DNA of 64,000 bases from Eledone cirrhosa (lineage: Eukaryota), in the NCBI GenBank assembly GCA_964016885.1, contig OZ024765.1, positions 8,060,001-8,124,000 on the forward strand, given 5' to 3'. Positions 12,404 through 27,313 of this stretch are shown one piece after another. Each line of letters starts with the position of its first letter. Position 1 is the stretch's first letter. The notes below the pieces were generated by a model, which searched no databases, was not told where the DNA came from, and saw only the letters and a program-made list of their open reading frames with translations. The position numbers and the translations under genes were made by a program.

Positions 12404-13809
12404 CATACATATATATATTTACATACATACTTGTATCTGTGTATGTATATATATATCGATTTCCTTTCCTTATATATATATAGAAGGAAAAGAAATCGAA
12501 AATGGAACTGGAGTCTTTTTAAGAATATTTATTTGTTTCCTTTACCGGTTTCACAGTTCTTATGCTTTTCAAAAGTAGAATTGAGATGGAGGGTGTGTGG
12601 TTTTTCTGAAAATCCACACACCCTCCATCTCAATTTACAAATTATCCCCTGTAATTGTTTGATGTGTTTATTTTATATATATATATATAGGTCTATTTTC
12701 TACGCGCTCATATATTCACCCAGCTTATACTGATAGAATAACTATGTAGCTTGTGTCTCTTCCTATCTACGGTTAGCTTTCCTCTTTGTTGTTTACTTGT
12801 CTCACTCGCTTTACGCATTTTAATTGTCCTAATAACTTAATTTAGTTATTATTGCACCAACGTGAGGTATATGATTTTTAATGCAATGAAATATCTATGA
12901 TCGTTGGCAAATCACTGATGAGGGACTCATTTTATAACATGTTATCCATGTGCAACCTGCAGTATTCTTCTCCCCATTTTTTCACACATATATATATATA
13001 TATGGCTTAGTGGTTAGAGCATTGGCCTTGCACTCGAAAGGTTGTGAGTTCAATTCTCAGACCGGCTGATGTGTTGTTTCCTTGAGCAAGACACTTTATT
13101 TCACATTGCTCCAGTTTACTCAGCTGTAAAAATGAGATGATAGGGACTGGGGTCCCTATTATTCCCCTACAAAGTGGTCGTGGAGGTGCCACGGCAAAAA
13201 AGCACCCAGCACTCACTGAAAAAAATCCTGCCAAATCAATAGATGGCAGTAGTTCCAGCTGCACACATCGAAAGGCTGGTGCAGTGGTTCTGAGAAAAAT
13301 GCGGCTTTGCAGATGATCAATGCAAATTAACAATGGAGAGGTGCTCCCGCTCGAGTTAGAAGAGAACTATTGACCTTCAGGAGAAGCAGTGACCTATGAT
13401 TGTATTCAGAGACCCCTAATTGTATTCAGCAACCCAAACAAATATGAAGTACACCAAATCCAATGCTCCTAGAGGCGGCTCTGGTTCTTCTTATTTGAGA
13501 GTGTAAACTCGGTCAGATTAGATTAGATTGACATATCATATCTACATACATGTACATTTGCGTATAATATCAATAAAAACACTACATATGTTAGCAGAAA
13601 ACCAACCATGCGAAGGGTGGCTTTTCTGCTAGTATATATAATGGTTTCGTGGATACAAACATTGTAGTAACTCTGTAACAATGTAAGAATATAAATAACG
13701 TTTTATACAATAGATTGTTTTTAACATTGATTTCCTTAACAGCTGTGGGTACTGCAAGAGATTGTGGTGCAAACCAATATTTATGTGTGTGTGTATATGT
13801 ATGTATATA

Positions 13810-13907
<98 letters not shown>

Positions 13908-13917
13908 CACACTTAGT

Positions 13918-14157
13918 GGAGGCACATGGCTTAGTGGTTAGAACATTGGCCTTGCAATCGAAAGGTTGTGAGTTCAATTCTCAGACCGGGTGATGTGTGT
14001 TGTTTCCTTGAGCAAGACACGTTATTTCACATTGCTCCAGTTTACTCAGCTGTAGAAATGAGATGATAGGGACTGGGGTCCCTATCATTCCACTGCAAAG
14101 TGGTCGTGGAGGTGCCATGGCAAAAAAGCACCCAGCACTCACTGTAAATGAGGTTGT
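13918..14157 (+). mobile_element. SINE family A, 3'-truncated (others at 13003-13220 on +; head only at 61272-61332 on -)
   Basis: Head and CORE match 260-495. Confidence 0.85.
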
Positions 14158-14410
14158 ATAAACGAAATTCTAAAAATTATAATTCAAACACCTGTACTGT
14201 GAATAAATCGGGGGAAAAAAACAGAACTAAATCAGTTATATGGTTTGTCGCCCCCGCCCCCCTGCTCCTGTAGCAGTAAAAACATCACTAGCTAATCTAT
14301 TCTTTAAGGCTTTAGATAATTCCTTCCCTAGTCAACATAAATACCGTTCCATACCTAATAGACACACAATTAAGCTTTCTTATTCTACAACTATGAATAT
14401 GGCCCAGATA
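14158..14410 (+). pseudogene. Penelope-like element relic (linker between RT and GIY-YIG)
   Basis: VIWF..PP..VKTSLANLFFKALDNSFPSQHKYRSIPNRHTIKLSYSTTMNMAQI resembles the PLE linker pattern WFNPP..VKTN.GK.FL..ID..FP..H.L..IFNR.TVK.SYSC..N (recognised from memory, not searched). Confidence 0.72.
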
Positions 14411-14790
14411 TGTTTAGATATATATTGTATATATGGATAATTGTCTAAAGACTTGAACATAAGTTTATTCCTCTTTATCTCTCTCTCTGTAATCAACTCT
14501 CTTTTGCTTTTCTAGGCTCCTACTAACTATATTATCCCCTCATATGTCTCTTCCTCTATGCTTTTCTTTTCTTTCCTCTTTCTTCAGTAATTTAAATTAT
14601 TTAACAGTTATATTGATGCAAAGTATTTTTTAAAGTGTTTCACACGCACCCTCTCTATTGTATGCATTATATATTTTTCTCATGTTTCTCAATATTAAGG
14701 TATATAAATATTGAGTTTTGTCATATATTACTCACTACCATGACTGAATCTTAACCATCTACTATGTCAGGGTATGTCATGCATCATCTT

Positions 14791-14855
14791 ATTTTATCTG
14801 ATGAGGACGTACTGTTGAAGTTAACTCAGTACCTCTGAAATATGTATAATAAAAT
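14791..14855 (+). ncRNA. Type-I hammerhead motif downstream of the Penelope relic
   Basis: attttat|CTGATGA|ggacgtactg..cagtacctct|GAAA|tatgta|TA|ataaaat. Confidence 0.78.
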
Positions 14856-15177
14856 ATACTTGATCACAAGAATATCTATTTTGTTAATATTTTAAATTAA
14901 TAATATATGTGTGTGTGTGTGTTTATATATATATATGTGTGTGTGTTTATATATATATATACATATATATATAACAAAGAAATTGTGGTAAGGAACCAGA
15001 TGGACCATAACGCACCAGAGTACTCAATACTTAGGGTAGTAGAGTGGGAAATAAGAAAAAGTATGACCCCGACGACAGAGCTCAAGCCGTTTCGACGGCT
15101 ATTTCTGTACTCCAGAAATAGCCATCGAAACGGCTTGAGCTCTGCCGTCGGGGTCATACTTTTTCCTATATATATAT

Positions 15178-15510
15178 GGAGGCACATGGCTTAGTGGTTA
15201 GAGCATTGGTCTTGCAATCGAAAGGTTGTGAGTTCAATTCTCAGACCGGGTGATGTGTTGTTTCCTTGAGCAAGACACTTTATTTCACATTGCTCCAGTT
15301 TACTCAGCTGTAGAAATGAGATGATAGGGACTGAGGTCCCTATCATTCCACTGCAAAGTGGTCGTGGAGGTGCCACGGCATAAAAGCACCCAGCACTCAC
15401 TGTAAATGAGGTTGGTGTTAGGAAGGGCATCCAGCTGTAGAAATCAAGCCAGAATCAGTTCCCGTCCCACCCTTGCAAGCAGGGAAAAGTGGACGTAAAA
15501 TGATGATGAT
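15178..15510 (+). mobile_element. SINE family A, full length
   Basis: Near-identical to 260-599. Confidence 0.88.
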
Positions 15511-16203
15511 ATATATATATATATATAAAGACACTCACATATATATTATATTTCCAACTAACAATATAGAAATATGGAGGGAGTGAGAGAGGGAAGAAAG
15601 AGAGGAAGAGAAGAAAGACAATGTGTTTCCAAGATGAAGAGGAGGAGAGGATAGAATGAAGAGAGAGAGAGAGAGTGTGTGTTTCCAAGATGAAGAAAAG
15701 GAGGAGAGGAAGTGAGACAGAGAGAGAGTGAGAGAGTGAGAGTGTGTGTTTCCAAGATGAAGAAAAGGAGGAGAGGAAGCGAGGAAGAGAGAGAGAGAGG
15801 GGGGAGAGAGAGAGAGTGTGTGTGTGTGTTTCCAAGATGAAGAGAAGGAGGAGAGGATAGGATAGAATTGCTGTATTCTCTCAATTCTTACAATGGAACA
15901 ACAGAGATATTGATTGGCAGGAAATATTGATGAACAAAGAACTAACATGGCTTCTTTACAGTTTGGTGGTGGTGTAGTGGTGGTGGTGATGTAGTGGGTG
16001 TGGTGGTGGTGGTGTGGTGGTGTAGTGGTGGTGTGGTGAAGTGGTGTAGTGGTGGTGTAGTGGTGGTGGTTGGTGTGGTGGTGGTGTAGTGGTGGTGTAG
16101 TGGTGGTTGGTGGTGGTGGTGTAGTGGTGGTAGATGTATAGAAACATGCAGCAATATGCATATATATATAGTAAATACAATTATATATATATATATTATA
16201 TAT

Positions 16204-16235
<32 letters not shown>

Positions 16236-16347
16236 ATATATAAATGAAAAGTATAGAAATTGTTGTAGCGAGAAGCTAACAGTATTCCATAACATAACAT
16301 ATATATATAATATATATATATATATATGATATATATATATATATAAT

Positions 16348-16378
<31 letters not shown>

Positions 16379-16571
16379 GTGTGTATATATATATATATAT
16401 GATATATATATACATATATATATATGTGTATATATATATATGATATATATATACATATATATGATATATGTATATATATATAAATATTATATATATACAC
16501 ATATGTATATATACACATATATAACTTTGATATATATGTATATATATATATACATATATTATATATACATA

Positions 16572-16663
<92 letters not shown>

Positions 16664-16829
16664 TACATTTAGTTCACTGACTATTTATATATAGTCTGTA
16701 TAATGTTTGTGAAGACAATGTATGAATGGAGAACATTTTAGCACCAAACAATATGGTAAATATATATATATATCCTTGCAAGCAGGGAAAAGCAGATGTA
16801 AAATGATGATGAATGATGATATATATATT

Positions 16830-16905
<76 letters not shown>

Positions 16906-17090
16906 TTCAAAATTATATAATAAATGTAGACATTCACATAATCAAAATATATTTTGATTACGTGAATGTCTATATTTATTAATATTTTGAATTAATATTA
17001 ATAACTCCAGAAAACCTATCTGTTGAGTGCTTCTAATCTATTGTAAAACTATATTCATTGATTAATCAATAAACCTTGTTTAACTTTTGG

Positions 17091-17145
<55 letters not shown>

Positions 17146-17331
17146 TATATATAAAAATTTTCTTCTTTTACGTCTTTTATATTATTAGAGGTTCTAGAAA
17201 GCAAAAGAGGTTATGTTAATAAATAAATATTTTCATATTCATGGGTTTTATTTTTTAATATAGACCTTGAAATCGGACATTACTTTTGCACCAACTAAAA
17301 CTCTGTCTTAAGCCAAAAGGCTCATTTGGCC

Positions 17332-17590
17332 GGTGCTTATCCCAGTTTCATGGCATGAAGCAACTGAGAGTACAAGACTCCCCCTGGACAGGACACCAGT
17401 CCATCACAGGGTTAAAGTCTAGTTTAGTTTCATTGGTATTAAGTGAGTGAGAGTACAAGGCTCTCCCTGGACAGGACACCAGTCCATCACAGGGTTAAAC
17501 CCCCAGCTATTGCTGGTACGCATTTTCAGCTGAGTATACTGGAGCAACGTGAAATGAAGTGTTTTGCTCAAGAACATTATGATTGTAAGT
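17332..17590 (-). mobile_element. CORE-type SINE body and tail (family C) abutting the 36-bp satellite
   Basis: Minus strand reads TTCTTGAGCAAAACACTTCATTTCACGTTGCTCCAGTATACTCAGCTG; duplicated tail GATGGACTGGTGTCCTGTCCAGGG. Confidence 0.7.
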
Positions 17591-20500
17591 CCAACACCCT
17601 TACCACTAGACCACACACCAACCAGTCTAACACCCTTACCACTAGACCACACACCAACCAGTCTAACACCCTTACCACTAGACCACACACCAACCAGTCT
17701 AACACCCTTACTACTAGACCACACACCAAACAGTCTAACACCCTTACCACTAGGCCACACACCTACCAGTCTAACACCCTTACTACTAGACCACACACCA
17801 AACAGTCTAACACCCTTACCACTAGACCACACACCAACCAGTCTAACACCCTTACCACTAGACCACACACCAACCAGTCTAACACCCTTACCACTAGACC
17901 ACACACCAACCAGTCTAACACCCTTACCACTAGACCACAGACCAACCAGTCTAACACCCTTACCACTAGACCACACACCAACCAGTCTAACACCCTTACC
18001 ACTAGACCACACACCAACCAGTCTAACACCCTTACCACTAGACCACACACCAATCAGTCTAACGTCCTTACCACTAGACCACACACCAAACAGTCTAACA
18101 CCCTTACCACTAGACCACACACCAACCAGTCTAACACCCTTACCACTAGACCACACACCAACCAGTCTAACACCCTTACCACTAGACCACACACCAACCA
18201 GTCTAACGCCCTTACCACTAGACCACACACCAACCAGTCTAACACCCTTACCACTAGACCACACACCAATCAGTCTAACGTCCTTACCACTAGACCACAC
18301 ACCAAACAGTCTAACACCCTTACCACTAGACCACACACCAACCAGTCTAACGTCCTTACCACTAGACCACACACCAACCAGTCTAACGTCCTTACCACTA
18401 GACCACACACCAACCAGTCTAACGTCCTTACCACTAGACCACACACCAACCAGTCTAACGTCCTTACCACTAGACCACACACCAATCAGTCTAACGTCCT
18501 TACCACTAGACCACACACCAAACAGTCTAACACCCTTACTACTAGACCACACACCAAACAGTCTAACGCCCTTACCACTAGACCACACACCAACCAGTCT
18601 AACACCCTTACCACTAGACCACACACCAACCAGTCTAACACCCTTACCACTAGACCACACACCAACCAGTCTAACGTCCTTACCACTAGACCACACACCA
18701 AACAGTCTAACGCCCTTACCACTAGACCACACACCAACCAGTCTAACGTCCTTACCACTAGACCACACACCAAACAGTCTAACACCCTTACCACTAGGAC
18801 AAACACCAACCAGTCTAACGTCCTTACCACTAGACCACACACCAAACAGTCTAACGCCCTTACCACTAGACCACACACCAAACAGTCTAACGTCCTTACC
18901 ACTAGACCACACACCAAACAGTCTAACACCCTTACCACTAGGACACACACCAACCAGTCTAACGGCCTTACCACTAGACCACACACCAACCAGTCTAACG
19001 TCCTTACCACTAGACCACACACCAAACAGTCTAACACCCTTACCACTAGGACACACACCAACCAGTCTAACGTCCTTACCACTAGACCACACACCAAACA
19101 GTCTAACACCCTTACCACTAGGACACACACCAACCAGTCTAACGTCCTTACCACTAGACCACACACCAAACAGTCTAACGCCCTTACCACTAGACCACAC
19201 ACCAACCAGTCTAACGTCCTTACCACTAGACCACACACCAAACAGTCTAACACCCTTACCACTAGGACACACACCAACCAGTCTAACGTCCTTACCACTA
19301 GGACACACACCAACCAGTCTAACGTCCTTACCACTAGACCACACACCAACCAGTCTAACGTCCTTACCACTAGACCACACACCAACCAGTCTAACGTCCT
19401 TACCACTAGACCACACACCAACCAGTCTAACGTCCTTACCACTAGACCACACACCAAACAGTCTAACGCCCTTACCACTAGACCACACACCAACCAGTCT
19501 AACGTCCTTACCACTAGACCACACACCAACCAGTCTAACGTCCTTACCACTAGACCACACACCAACCAGTCTAACGTCCTTACCACTAGACCACACACCA
19601 AACAGTCTAACGCCCTTACCACTAGACCACACACCAACCAGTCTAACACCCTTACCACTAGACCACACACCAACCAGTCTAACGTCCTTACCACTAGACC
19701 ACACACCAACCAGTCTAACGTCCTTACCACTAGACCACACACCAACCAGTCTAACGTCCTTACCACTAGACCACACACCAAACAGTCTAACGCCCTTACC
19801 ACTAGACCACACACCAACCAGTCTAACACCCTTACCACTAGACCACACACCAACCAGTCTAACACACTTACCACTAGACCACACACCAAACAGTCTAACA
19901 CCCTTACCACTAGACCACACACCAACCAGTCTAACGTCCTTACCACTAGACCACACACCAAACAGTCTAACACCCTTACTACTAGACCACACACCAACCA
20001 GTCTAACGTCCTTACCACTAGACCACACACCAACCAGTCTAACGTCCTTACCACTAGACCACACACCAACCAGTCTAACGTCCTTACCACTAGACCACAC
20101 ACCAACCAGTCTAACGTCCTTACCACTAGACCACACACCAAACAGTCTAACGCCCTTACCACTAGACCACACACCAACCAGTCTAACGTCCTTACCACTA
20201 GACCACACACCAACCAGTCTAACGTCCTTACCACTAGACCACACACCAACCAGTCTAACGTCCTTACCACTAGACCACACACCAAACAGTCTAACGCCCT
20301 TACCACTAGACCACACACCAACCAGTCTAACACCCTTACCACTAGACCACACACCAACCAGTCTAACGTCCTTACCACTAGACCACACACCAACCAGTCT
20401 AACGTCCTTACCACTAGACCACACACCAACCAGTCTAACGTCCTTACCACTAGACCACACACCAAACAGTCTAACGCCCTTACCACTAGACCACACACCA

Positions 20501-20640
20501 ACCAGTCTAACACCCTTACCACTAGACCACACACCAACCAGTCTAACACACTTACCACTAGACCACACACCAAACAGTCTAACACCCTTACCACTAGACC
20601 ACACACCAACCAGTCTAACACCCTTACCACTAGGACACAA
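17586..20640. repeat. 36-bp satellite, ~85 copies
   Basis: Unit ACCACTAGACCACACACCAA(C/A)CAGTCTAAC(AC/GT/GC)CCTT. Confidence 0.97.
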
Positions 20641-21035
20641 GCCTCCACCTTTTGCACCAACATGATACATTAAAGGTACACGTGTCTGTGGAATGCTCTG
20701 CCACTTGTATGTTAATTTCATAAGCAGGCTGTTCCATTGATCGGCTCAACTGACGGAGTGCCATGTAAAACTTGTTTTATGTATCTGTATGTATGTAGGT
20801 GTATGTTAGGGCGTGTGTATATATATATATGTATATGCGTGTCTATGTAGGTGTATGTTAGGGTGTGTGTATATATATATATGTGTGCGTGTCTATGTAG
20901 GTGTATGTTTGTGTGTGTATATATATATGTCTGTGTGTGTCTACGTGCATGTGTATATATATATATATACATATATATATATGTGTGTGTGTGTGCAAGC
21001 GGGGAAAAGTAGACATAAAATGAAAAAAATGATGA

Positions 21036-22804
<1,769 letters not shown>

Positions 22805-23601
22805 TTCAATTTTATGTCCCAAATGCAAAGTATGGGTACATAAAAGATGTAGTGGAAAGGAACGAAGCATGCATGCTCCATTGGATGTGTAATAGTAATA
22901 TACGTGAACGGCAAAGCATAAATGAACTAAGTGAGAAATTAGGAAGAAGAGGGATCAGATGCTGTTTTCTTGAGAGAAGACTACGTTGGTATGGCCACGT
23001 GATGCGCATGAAAGACGACAGCTGTATAAAGAAGTGCAGGGCAATCAAAATTGATGGAAGTTACGGAGTAGGCAGACCCAGAAAAACCTGGGACGACTTG
23101 ATAAATTCCGACCTCACACACTTACACCTCTCCAAGACAATGTCACTGGACCGAGATCTTTGGCGCTACGCAGTAATACAGAAGACCCGCCTTGCCTAAG
23201 TACAAAGCGAAACCTACGGTCAGTAGGCACCTCTTAACCAAATATACACCCCCAATCCACTATTCCTACCCTATCCTCCCACTAACACCAACACCACCCT
23301 CTCTCTATAAAGTTGGTACCACAACATCCAGTCCAAATAAATAAGATGGAGATTGTGTAGGTGTCACGAGAAAAAAACACAGTCCACGCTGTAATGTGGC
23401 CACTTAGGTAACACGGTAAAAAGTTCCCAGTTCCACACTGTAAGTGTGGTTGGTGTGAGGAAGGGCATCCAGCCGTAGAAAACCTGCCAGATAGTCCTAT
23501 ATTAGCGAGACATGGTCACCTAACCAACCTTGCCTCAAGTGGGACAACTCCCGTCTAACCCATGCTAGCGTGGAAAGTGGACGTTAAAAGAGGATGATGA
23601 T
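22805..23601 (+). mobile_element. RTE LINE 3' fragment with internal deletion
   Basis: [16 protein letters not shown] joined to [18 protein letters not shown]; 3' UTR matches 57683-58090. Confidence 0.88.
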
Positions 23602-23703
23602 AATATATATATATATATATGTACATACACATTCCTATATATACATATATATATATATGTACATACATATACATATATATATATATATATACATACATAT
23701 ACA

Positions 23704-23735
<32 letters not shown>

Positions 23736-24423
23736 CATATATATACATATATATATATACATATATATACATATATATATACATATATATACATATATAT
23801 ACATATATATATGTATATACATATATATATATACATATATATATATACATATATATATATGTACATACATATACATATATATATATATATATATACATAT
23901 ATATATGTACATATATATACATATATATATACATATATATATGTACATATATATACATATATATATATACATATATATATGTACATACATATATACATAT
24001 ATATATGTACATACATATACATATATATATGTACATACATATACATATATATATGTACATACATATACATATATATATATATAAATATATATATGTACAT
24101 ACATATACATATACGTATACATATATATACATATATATACATGTATATATATATATACTTACCACTATCTCCAACAGCTCCATTGTTCCTAACTAATCCA
24201 CAACATTGTAAAGTTACTTTGTCTGTCTCCTCCCCCCTCCACCCCACACCCCACCCCTGCCCCAGCCCCTCATCTTTCTTTCATCAGATAAATCCATAGA
24301 AAATGTCGTCGTCACAGTCGTATGTTTCTTCTCTCATGTTTCCTCCGATTCAGTAAAACACTAAAAACAATTCCAATCGCTGTTGTTTTCTTTTGATTTC
24401 CTGAAAATATCACATATATATAT

Positions 24424-24979
24424 ATCATCATCATCGTCATTTTACGTCCGCTTTTCCCTGCTTGCAAGAGTGGGATAGGTCCTATTCAGCACAGTATCTC
24501 TCCATTTGTCACGGTCCTTCATCATCTCCTCCGTGAGTTTCAGCGATTTGAGGTCAGCTCTCACCACCTCCACCCATGTTTTTTGTGGTCTTCCTCTACT
24601 GTGTCTTCCTTCTACTGGGATTTCTTGTCATTTCTTTACCCAGTGGTCAACCTCCATGCACATCACATGTCCATACCATCACAGTCTTCTCTCCTGCACA
24701 CTAAAACTTATCCCTCTTATACACAGTTTCTCTCTCAACCCATCTATACTTGATCGTTCACGCACATTGACATTGCACATCCAACGGAGCATACTTACTT
24801 CATTTATCTCCAGCCATCGCATATCCTCCGCAGTTGCTGCCCATGTCTCACTACCATGCAGCATCGAGCATCTCACACAGGCATCATATAACCAGCCTTT
24901 CGTATGCAGTGAGAAACCCTTCTTTGTCAACAAAGGAAGCAGCTCCCTAAACTTCTTCCAACTCATCCTTATTCTAGAT
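24424..24979 (-). mobile_element. RTE LINE 3' fragment (divergent subfamily, very short 3' UTR)
   Basis: [26 protein letters not shown]; tail CTTGCAAGCAGGGAAAAGCGGACGTAAAATGA. Confidence 0.85.
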
Positions 24980-25330
24980 ACTATATATATATATATTTGT
25001 TTTGCAAGGTTTTTTATATGAAATCGTGTGTCGAAACAAATATTTTTATACTTGGTAATCAATGTTTATCATTGATTGACCAACAGTTAAAAATACAGAT
25101 ATAAATATATATATATAGTCTATCAAAGTTCTTTCATCACACATTTGCGACATCATCAGTGGTACTATTGTGTTTCCTCCCATTGTATTGTAAAGTATAC
25201 GCCAAATAAATTAACTATGGAGATATAAAAGATAAAGAAGCAAAAAGAAGCAAAAACCAACCCAAACCAAACAGTGAGTGTGTTCTGTTATTATTTCTAG
25301 CAGTATTATAATATGACCCTCACCAAATAT

Positions 25331-25370
<40 letters not shown>

Positions 25371-25454
25371 AGAAGTTGTATTTAATTTGTTGGAATTCCG
25401 ACAAACATAAATGTTTATAACTGATATAGAGCACTCAACAGTTAACTGAAGTAA

Positions 25455-25749
25455 ATATTCCAAGATATTAATAAATGGAAACTATATTTATAAAACCATA
25501 TTTATTTTATTATATATATTTCAAGGGCGACCAACCCAATCTTGAATTACTCCTAATAAGTTTCAACTATCCAGTGAATTTCCGACCGTTAAGGTTGATT
25601 TCCATGGGTATGTCGTTATTTATAAAACAAATTTTGTATTTTATCTGATGAAAGCGCACCAAGATTGGCTTGGTCGCCCTTGAAATATATATAATAAAAT
25701 AAATATGGTTTTATAAATATAGTTTCCATTTATTAATATCTTGGAATAT
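25455..25749. repeat. Inverted repeat, 90-bp arms (one mismatch seen), 115-nt spacer
   Basis: 25455-25544 versus 25660-25749. Confidence 0.92.
25638..25700 (+). ncRNA. Type-I hammerhead motif
   Basis: attttat|CTGATGA|aagcgcaccaag-attgg-cttggtcgccctt|GAAA|tatata|TA|ataaaat. Confidence 0.78.
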
Positions 25750-25764
25750 ATATATATATATAGT

Positions 25765-27240
25765 TAAAGATTTTGGCCAAGGTGCTAGCAACGAGAGGCA
25801 AACTGACGCTGGACTGAAGGGCCAGTGAAATTGCTCAGGGTCTGGTTCAGTCCCGACCTCCAGGTGGAGAAAAACTGGAACAAGGTCACGGCCAAGGTAT
25901 TTGCGCTCACCCAGAAGTGGGCAGAGTGCAAACTGTCTTTGAAAGGTCGAGCGGAGGTGGCGAACACTCTCATAGCGTCCGTCATCTACTACCGCTTGAC
26001 CGTCGTGCCTTGTCCCCGTGAACACCTCACCAAGATGGAACACATGCTCTTCCAGTTGCTGTGGAAGAAGCAAGCTCCACTGGTGAGGAGATCCGTCTGC
26101 TGTCAACACCCTACCAACGGAGGGCTGGGCATGCTGTGGCTAATGATGCGCAAACATGCACTGAGGCTACGGCATCTCCAGGTATCCCTCACCGACCAAC
26201 CGGTGTGGGCACCGTTTGTGAGACAGGCCTTCCCACAACTTGTCTCACTGACAGAGCTGCGGTCCTGGGTCAAGCGGAGACCAAAGAAAATGGGCGCCTG
26301 GCACATTGAATACGCCCAGGCACTCACAGTCCTCTGTCAAGCAAGCGCAGCAATCAGTGGAGACTCCACTTCGACATTCTATAGAGGGTTAGTATGTTAC
26401 AAGGGCGGCAACGTGCTCAGGGAGACTCTAGGCGTCGAATACGACGAACTCTCAGGTCTGTTCGGTAGGACTTTCCGCCCGGGACCTATGGACAACTCCC
26501 AGAGGTCCCTGGCCTGGCAGTGCTACCGAGGAGCTCTACCCATTCGAGATAAGATCTACAGGCACAGACGCCCCGGCAGGGATCCTTCCAAGAGGACGTG
26601 TCCAAGATGTGAGCAGGACATTGAAACAGTCCTGCACGCAATTGTACACTGCCCAGGCGTAACCGACCTGTGGAACTATGCAGAACAACTTCTGCTGCGT
26701 ATGGGACAAATCCAGTTGACTGCCGAGTCCATAGTAAGGATCAAACCGCCAGCCTCTTTCAAAAACGAAAGAGAGGCGGTTTTCCTCTAGAGTGGCTATG
26801 GTGAAAAAGTTTATATGGTGGATGAGATTGAGAGGACTGAGGACAGATGCCTTTCTCTCCGAACAACAGTTGATTCCCCTCTTTAAGTATCACTTTAGAA
26901 GGAGAATCAGGGTAGAGAGAGAGGCACTGCACCCCAGTAAATTTACTGAAAGGTGGGTGAATGAAGCGAAAATGGCCCGAGTGATTGGGCCATCTCTGTT
27001 TATAAGCCTGTAGGTTGAGGAAGAGAGCAATAGGAAGAAAGGATCACTTGCACATGCTCCTGAAGTTGAGGGTTGTTCTATTGACGGGGTATTAAACAAC
27101 CCATTTGTGGCGCCTCCCCCCTATTGGGGATTTTGATTGTTATATTTGTTTGTTTCATATTTTTACACGATTGTATGTAAAATCCCTGGCATGTCTTTGT
27201 TTTGTCCCCTTTTCTTGTGCGTCCTTGTGGCTAATAAAGA
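25765..27240 (+). mobile_element. L1/Tx1-like non-LTR retrotransposon 3' fragment (post-RT region, zinc knuckle, 3' UTR)
   Basis: LSLKGRAEVANTLIASVIYYRL, HPTNGGLGM, WQCYRGALPIRD and CPRC-x8-H-x4-C; ORF broken at 26788; AATAAA near 27233. Confidence 0.85.
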
Positions 27241-27282
27241 AATATATCTATCTTTCTATCTGTCTATCTATCTATCTGTTTA

Positions 27283-27313
<31 letters not shown>

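Noticed and set aside
12911-12930. CTGANGA words at 12914 (+), ~206-212 and ~1116-1122 (-), ~24281-24287 (-) and 7988 (+) as hammerheads
   Set aside because: No stem II followed by GAAA and UH in the required arrangement
17419-20721. Overlapping >1000-aa ORFs on both strands
   Set aside because: The 36-bp unit lacks stops in several frames at once and derives from a SINE head; there is no sign of coding constraint
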